This document shows positions 59,211 to 64,000 of a stretch of DNA of 64,000 nucleotides, one piece after another; the first letter of the stretch is position 1, and every line of letters starts with the position of its first letter. The notes beneath the pieces were generated by a model. It had not been told where the DNA came from, searched no databases, and was given only the letters and a program-made list of their open reading frames with translations. Source of the DNA: Gemmatimonadales bacterium (GTDB lineage Bacteria > Gemmatimonadota > Gemmatimonadetes > Gemmatimonadales > GWC2-71-9); assembly GCA_036279355.1 (NCBI GenBank), contig DASUJH010000044.1:3926-67925 (forward strand), read 5' to 3'. The translations under genes and the position numbers were made by a program.

Positions 59211-59992
59211 GCCACGCCTGCCTCGGCCTCGACCCAGTCGTAACCGCGGGCCTCGAGCTCCTGCGCCAGCTCCTTGCCGCCGGATTTGACGATCCGTCCG
59301 TTCGAGAGCACGTGCACGAAGTCCGGTACGATGTAATTGAGCAGCCGCTGGTAGTGCGTCACCACGATGAACGCGCGGTCCGGGCTCCTGAGCTGGTTCA
59401 CCCCCGCAGCGACGATCCGGAGCGCGTCGATGTCGAGCCCCGAGTCGGTCTCGTCGAGAATGGCCAGCCGCGGCTCGAGCACCGCGAGCTGCAGGATTTC
59501 ATTTCGCTTCTTCTCGCCGCCCGAGAAGCCTGAGTTCACCGCGCGGCTCATGATCTCGGGGCCCCAGTCGACAATCTTGAGCTTCTGCTCCAGGACCTCG
59601 ATGAAGTCGATCGGGTCCACCTCGTCCTCGCCGCGCGCCTTGCGGATTTCGTTGTAGGCCGCCCGGAGGAAGTAGGCGTTGGTGACGCCCGGGATTTCGA
59701 CCGGGTACTGGAAGGCGAGAAACAACCCCGCCTGCGCTCGCTCCTCGGGCTCGAGCTCGAGCAGGTCGCCGCCCTCGTAGCGCACCTCTCCGCCGGTGAC
59801 TTTGTAGGCCGGGTGGCCGGCCAGCACCTGGGCGAGCGTGCTCTTGCCCGAGCCGTTCGGGCCCATGATCGCGTGCACTTCGCCGGCATTGACGGTGAGG
59901 TTTACGCCGCGGAGGATTTCCGTGTCGCCGGCCGCGGCGTGGAGTTCGCGGACCTCGAGCAGGGGAGTTTCCTGCGCCTTGCGGTTAGCCAA
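59207..59992 (-). CDS. sufC: Fe-S cluster assembly ATPase SufC
   Basis: Motifs [33 protein letters not shown]. Confidence 0.93.
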   Translation of the reverse strand: MANRKAQETPLLEVRELHAAAGDTEILRGVNLTVNAGEVHAIMGPNGSGKSTLAQVLAGHPAYKVTGGEVRYEGGDLLELEPEERAQAGLFLAFQYPVEIPGVTNAYFLRAAYNEIRKARGEDEVDPIDFIEVLEQKLKIVDWGPEIMSRAVNSGFSGGEKKRNEILQLAVLEPRLAILDETDSGLDIDALRIVAAGVNQLRSPDRAFIVVTHYQRLLNYIVPDFVHVLSNGRIVKSGGKELAQELEARGYDWVEAEAGVA

Positions 59993-61418
59993 CGCTGCCC
60001 TCCAGACTGACGCCGAGAAGCTTCTGGGCCTCGACCGCGAACTCCATCGGCAGCTCCTGGAAGACCTCCTTGCAGAAGCCGTTCACGATCATCGAGATGG
60101 CGTTCTCGGTGTTGAGGCCGCGCTGCTTCAGATAGAAGATCTGGTCCTCACCGATCTTGGACGTGGACGCCTCGTGCTCCACCGACGCGGTGGGGTTCTG
60201 CACGTCGATGTACGGGAACGTGTGCGCGCCACAGCGATTGCCGATGAGCATCGAGTCGCACTGGGTGTAGTTGCGCGCGCCTTCGGCACGCGGAAGTACC
60301 TTGACCAGACCGCGATAGCTGTTGTTGCCGCGGCCCGCGGAGATGCCCTTCGAGACGATCGTGCTGCGGGTGTTGCGCCCCAGATGGATCATCTTGGTGC
60401 CGGTGTCCGCCTGCTGCCGGTTGTTGACCACGGCTACGGAGTAGAACTCGCCGACGGCGTTGTCGCCCTGGAGGATGACGCTCGGATACTTCCAGGTGAT
60501 GGCCGAGCCGGTCTCGACCTGGGTCCAGGAAATCTTGGCGTTGCGCAGCGCCTTGCCGCGCTTGGTCACGAAATTGTAAATCCCGCCCCGCCCCTCTTCG
60601 TCGCCCGCGTACCAGTTCTGCACGGTGGAGTACTTGATCTGGGCGTTGTCGAGCGCCACCAGCTCGACCACCGCGGCATGGAGCTGGTTGGTGTCGCGCT
60701 TGGGCGCCGTGCAGCCCTCGAGGTAGCTCACGCTGGCACCCTCGTCCGCAATGATGAGCGTGCGCTCGAACTGCCCGGTGTCGGCCGCGTTGATCCGGAA
60801 GTAGGTGGACAGCTCCATGGGGCACTTGAGCCCCTTGGGCACGTACACGAACGAGCCGTCGCTGAAGACCGCGGCGTTGAGCGCGGCGAAGAAGTTATCA
60901 CTCGCGGGCACGACCGACCCCAGGTACTTCTCGACCAGCGCGGGATGCTCCTGCACCGCCTCGCCGAACGAGCAGAAGATGATGCCGAGCTCGGCCAGGC
61001 GCTTCTTGTAGCTGGTGCCGACCGAGACGCTGTCGAAGATCGCGTCCACCGCAACGCCCGCGAGCACCTTCTGCTCGGAGAGCGGAATGCCGAGCTTGTC
61101 GTAAGTCTCGCGCAGCTTGGGGTCCACGTCGTCGAGGCTGCCCAGCGGCTGCTTGGTTCGAGGCGCGGCGTAGTAGCTGATGTCCTGGTAGTCGATAGTC
61201 GGATAGGTGACGTTGGACCAATGCGGCTCGCGCATCTTGAGCCAACCGCGGAACGCCTTGAGGCGCCACTCGAGCATGAACGCCGGCTCGCGCTTCTTCG
61301 CCGAGATGAGGCGGATCACGTCTTCGTCGAGTCCCTTGGGCGCAACGTCGGCTTCGATGTCGGTGACGAAACCGTACTTGTATGCGCGGTTGACCAGCGT
61401 TTCGACTGGCGAGCTCAT
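59985..61418 (-). CDS. sufB: Fe-S cluster assembly scaffold SufB
   Basis: Sequence YKYGF ... EWRLKAF ... [18 protein letters not shown] ... CDSMLIG ... [18 protein letters not shown] 61418 lies inside the composite 723-aa ORF. Confidence 0.93.
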   Translation of the reverse strand: MSSPVETLVNRAYKYGFVTDIEADVAPKGLDEDVIRLISAKKREPAFMLEWRLKAFRGWLKMREPHWSNVTYPTIDYQDISYYAAPRTKQPLGSLDDVDPKLRETYDKLGIPLSEQKVLAGVAVDAIFDSVSVGTSYKKRLAELGIIFCSFGEAVQEHPALVEKYLGSVVPASDNFFAALNAAVFSDGSFVYVPKGLKCPMELSTYFRINAADTGQFERTLIIADEGASVSYLEGCTAPKRDTNQLHAAVVELVALDNAQIKYSTVQNWYAGDEEGRGGIYNFVTKRGKALRNAKISWTQVETGSAITWKYPSVILQGDNAVGEFYSVAVVNNRQQADTGTKMIHLGRNTRSTIVSKGISAGRGNNSYRGLVKVLPRAEGARNYTQCDSMLIGNRCGAHTFPYIDVQNPTASVEHEASTSKIGEDQIFYLKQRGLNTENAISMIVNGFCKEVFQELPMEFAVEAQKLLGVSLEGSVG

Positions 61419-62128
61419 GCCGTCTCCTCTGTTCCTGCCGCCGCCGGGCCCTCGGGCCCGGCAAACCGCACGTGGTACTCGCAGGCGGTGCAGCCTTCGA
61501 GAATGTGTGCCCGGCGATCCACGGGCGCGCCGAGCACGTCCTCCAGGAAGCGGGCTTCCGCCGCGCAGAGCTCGGGAAATCGCTCGGCCACGGACTGGAT
61601 TGCGCAATTGTGTTCCGTGAGCGTGCCCGACGCGTGCTCGGTGGGCGCGGCGGCCTGCCACTCCGTCATGTATCCCTCGTCCGCAAGAGTACGGGCGACG
61701 GCTTCGAGCCGGCGTGCCGGCGGAGCGTCGGCGAGCTCGGTCTTGAGCCGGTGGGCGAGATCGGCGTAGTGGGCTTCGAGCATCCGGACCGCCGCCGCCC
61801 GGCCCTCCCGCTCCACCATGTGGTCGAGCAGCTCGAAGAGCGTCGCCTCGTAGCGGCGCGGGAAGAGCGCCTCCGCCTCCGCGCTCAGGCGATAGGCAAA
61901 GACCGGGGCGCCTACGCCACGGTGCTGCCGCTGGTATTGGATGAGCCCGTCGGCCTCGAGCTCCTTTAGATGATGTCGCACGCCGTTGAGCGAAACGCCG
62001 AGCTTGCCCGCCAGCTCCTTGGCCGAGAGCGGCTGCGCGTGCTTGAGCTCGACCAGGATGGCGCGGCGCGGGCCTTTGTGGCCGGTCGGAAGATTGCTCG
62101 GGCCGGGCTGCGGGATCGGAATTGCCAT
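61415..62128 (-). CDS. winged-helix transcriptional regulator with a C-terminal Cys cluster (SufR-like)
   Basis: ArsR/DeoR-type wHTH ([43 protein letters not shown]). C-terminal cysteines HNC, ELC and GCTAC. First gene of the suf operon, with an ATGA overlap to sufB. Confidence 0.7.
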   Translation of the reverse strand: MAIPIPQPGPSNLPTGHKGPRRAILVELKHAQPLSAKELAGKLGVSLNGVRHHLKELEADGLIQYQRQHRGVGAPVFAYRLSAEAEALFPRRYEATLFELLDHMVEREGRAAAVRMLEAHYADLAHRLKTELADAPPARRLEAVARTLADEGYMTEWQAAAPTEHASGTLTEHNCAIQSVAERFPELCAAEARFLEDVLGAPVDRRAHILEGCTACEYHVRFAGPEGPAAAGTEETA

Positions 62129-62180
62129 GCCGCAAGGCTAATCGTTGTAATGGCAATTGTCAATTTGTACGAGCAAATTG
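62120..62180. promoter_or_regulatory. two inverted repeats in the AT-rich suf/def divergent region; candidate operator or 5'-UTR structure
   Basis: AATTGCCAT (62120-62128, covers the sufR ATG) pairs with ATGGCAATT (62150-62158). CAATTTG-N6-CAAATTG spans 62161-62180. Confidence 0.35.
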
Positions 62181-62368
62181 GTAATAATGCTGTAACTAAT
62201 TATGTTAGTGCGCGTTAGCATCGTAGTATGCATACATACTATCTTGGATTACCCAGTAGCAATCTCGCCGCCGTACACCTCCCGCTGGTCAGAGTGTCGC
62301 CCTTCATTCATATTGGGCGGCGAGCCGGCCCCACCCAGGGCCGTTCCCCACACTCGGCAGGTCGCCCC

Positions 62369-62941
62369 ATGACGATCCACCGCATCCGCCTCCTCGGCGA
62401 TCCGATTCTCCGCACCCGCTGCGAGCCCATCACCAAGCCGGGGTCCACTGCCGTCCGGGTCATCATCGATGACCTGCGCGAGACACTGCGCGACTGGCAA
62501 TCCCGCTTCGGTGCGGGGCGGGCCATCGCGGCTCCCCAGATCGGCGCGCCGGTGCGCGTGGTGTACGTCGAGATGGACCGGCCCTGGCCGCTGGTGAATC
62601 CGGAGATCATCGACATCGGGACCGAGGATTTCTGGGTCTGGGATGACTGTTTCTCCTTTCCGAACATGCTGGTGCGGGTCTCGCGCGCGTACCGCATCCG
62701 GATACGCTACCAGGATGTGAAGGGCGCGTGGCATGAGGAGGAGCTCGAGGGCGACCGGGCCGAGCTCCTGCAGCACGAGCTCGACCACCTCGACGGTGTG
62801 CTTGCGGTCGATTGCCCGCATGGCCTGGATCCGTTCTGCCTGCGCGAGGAGTGGAACCGCATCCACGCGCACCGCGGCCGATACGGGCCACCGGAGCCGC
62901 GCACCGAGACCTACGCGGGTGCGGCCTCCGGAGATCTGTAG
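62369..62941 (+). CDS. def: peptide deformylase (divergent type)
   Basis: GRAIAAPQIG (motif 1), DDCFSFP in place of EGCLS (motif 2), QHELDHLDG (motif 3). ATG 62369 gives the canonical N-terminus MTIHRIRLLGDPILR. Confidence 0.8.
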   Translation: MTIHRIRLLGDPILRTRCEPITKPGSTAVRVIIDDLRETLRDWQSRFGAGRAIAAPQIGAPVRVVYVEMDRPWPLVNPEIIDIGTEDFWVWDDCFSFPNMLVRVSRAYRIRIRYQDVKGAWHEEELEGDRAELLQHELDHLDGVLAVDCPHGLDPFCLREEWNRIHAHRGRYGPPEPRTETYAGAASGDL

Positions 62942-64000
62942 GTGACAACGACGGTTGCGGAGGCCACGGCGGGCGCGCACATGCCTCCGTGCGACTACGC
63001 ACCGCGCCCCTACGACGGTCCCTCGCGCGACGAGGTCCTGGCGCTCCGCCGCCGCTACGTCCATCCCTCGCTCTTTACGCTCTATCGCGAGCCGCTCATG
63101 CTGGTCGAGGGCCACATGCAGTGGCTCTTCGACGAGACGGGGCGCCGATACCTCGATCTCTTTGCCGGCATCGCCACTGTCTCCTGCGGCCATGCCCATC
63201 CCAAGGTCGTCGCTCGCATCGAGGCGCAGGCGGAACAGCTCCAGCACGCTTCCACGATCTATCTACATCCGACCTTGCCGCTCCTTGCCCGGGAGCTCGC
63301 GGCCCGGATGCCGCCTGGACTGGATGTCAGCTACTTCGTGAACAGCGGCAGCGAGGCAAACGACCTCGCGGTGACCATGGCGCGGCTGTACACCGGCCAC
63401 ACCGACGTGGTCGCGGTACGGAACGGCTATCACGGTGGCTCGCCCACCACGATGGGGCTCACGTCGCATCACACCTGGAAGTTTCCCACCCAGGTGAGCG
63501 CGGGCGTTCACCACACCGTCTGCCCCGATCCGTATCGAAGTGCCTTCGGCGGCACGCCCGAGGCAATCGCGACCCAGAGCGTGGCGGAGATGCGCGACCT
63601 CATCCGCTACGCTACCACGGGGCGGATCGCGGCATTCATCGCGGAGCCGATCCAGGGCGTCGGCGGCGCGACCCTCGGCGCGCCCAACTACCTGCGCGAG
63701 GCGTACGCCCTCACGCGGGAGCACGGCGGCCTCTGCATCTCCGACGAGGTGCAGACCGGATTCGGGCGCACCGGTGAGCAGTACTGGGGCTTCCAGAACT
63801 CCGGTGTCACGCCGGACATCGTGACGATGGCCAAAGGCATCGGCAATGGGATGCCGCTCGCCGCGGTCACCACGCGCCGGGACATCGCCGATGCGCTCAC
63901 CCAACGGATCCACTTCAATACGTTCGGCGGCAACCCCGTCGCGATGGCGGCTGGCCTTGCCGTGCTCGAGGTGATCGACGAGGACGGCTTGCAGGAGAAC
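62942..64000 (+). CDS. class-III (AGXT2/GabT-like) PLP aminotransferase; 3' end lies outside the window
   Basis: Not in the ORF track because no stop is reached. My own translation gives ...[16 protein letters not shown] ... [12 protein letters not shown] ... [13 protein letters not shown] ... [15 protein letters not shown]. Start is GTG 62942 or ATG 62981. Confidence 0.85.
   Translation, partial: MTTTVAEATAGAHMPPCDYAPRPYDGPSRDEVLALRRRYVHPSLFTLYREPLMLVEGHMQWLFDETGRRYLDLFAGIATVSCGHAHPKVVARIEAQAEQLQHASTIYLHPTLPLLARELAARMPPGLDVSYFVNSGSEANDLAVTMARLYTGHTDVVAVRNGYHGGSPTTMGLTSHHTWKFPTQVSAGVHHTVCPDPYRSAFGGTPEAIATQSVAEMRDLIRYATTGRIAAFIAEPIQGVGGATLGAPNYLREAYALTREHGGLCISDEVQTGFGRTGEQYWGFQNSGVTPDIVTMAKGIGNGMPLAAVTTRRDIADALTQRIHFNTFGGNPVAMAAGLAVLEVIDEDGLQEN

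Noticed and set aside
59985-62156. 723-aa ORF extending sufB upstream across sufR. Similar N-terminal over-extensions occur at 20452..22740, 42710..44791, 46793..48721, 51410..52582, 37176..39176 and 38210..39679.
   Set aside because: The extensions overlap recognisable neighbouring genes in another frame and are compositionally implausible. Internal ATG/GTG starts give canonical N-termini and 4-nt operon overlaps.
62129-62368. The AT-rich region considered as a possible oriC/DUE, given the nearby origin-proximal markers mnmG-parAB.
   Set aside because: No TTATCCACA/TGTGGATAA DnaA boxes are present (best match about 6/9 at CTTGGATTA), and there is no dnaA or dnaN in the window. A promoter/operator region for suf and def is the simpler reading.

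Overview
Very GC-rich (roughly 70% by eye, not computed) bacterial chromosomal segment. It is densely packed with about 70 genes, many joined by 4-nt start/stop overlaps (GTGA or ATGA). I found no rRNA, tRNA, CRISPR array, transposase, integrase or phage genes, so this looks like core chromosome, not an island. Recognisable blocks, in order: thiolase, SPFH protein and 3-hydroxybutyryl-CoA dehydrogenase; thyX; a coupled cluster of two Ddl-like ATP-grasp ligases, a GNAT and a KamA-family radical-SAM aminomutase; an orphan family-5 substrate-binding protein; a lipoprotein / sigma-54 activator / lipoprotein / TPR block; an EF-G2-like paralog coupled to a small membrane protein; an ABC exporter; copper-delivery genes for cytochrome oxidase (BFD-like, Sco1::PCuAC fusion, CtaG); a copZ-cupredoxin-copA-csoR operon; a class-V PLP enzyme / LOG / deoxyhypusine-synthase-like / MFS operon; ndh; a queG::GNAT fusion; Cys/Met and Thr PLP enzymes; plsC; a BMP-type ABC importer with an embedded NIF3 gene; mnmG, parS, parA, parB, an M23 peptidase and a bactofilin; bacilliredoxin; sufR-sufBCDSU; def; and a class-III aminotransferase running off the 3' edge. 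The best candidates for undescribed biology are the beta-lysine-type ATP-grasp/GNAT/KamA cluster (7893-11675), the DHS-like/LOG/PLP/MFS operon (31316-35970) and the pseudo-receiver sigma-54 module (13570-17479). Several non-coding elements also deserve a look: parS sites, a 25-bp inverted repeat, a 15-bp tandem duplication next to a 19-bp palindrome, and a roughly 37% GC divergent suf/def region. Every family call comes from motif recognition by eye and needs HMM or BLAST confirmation.
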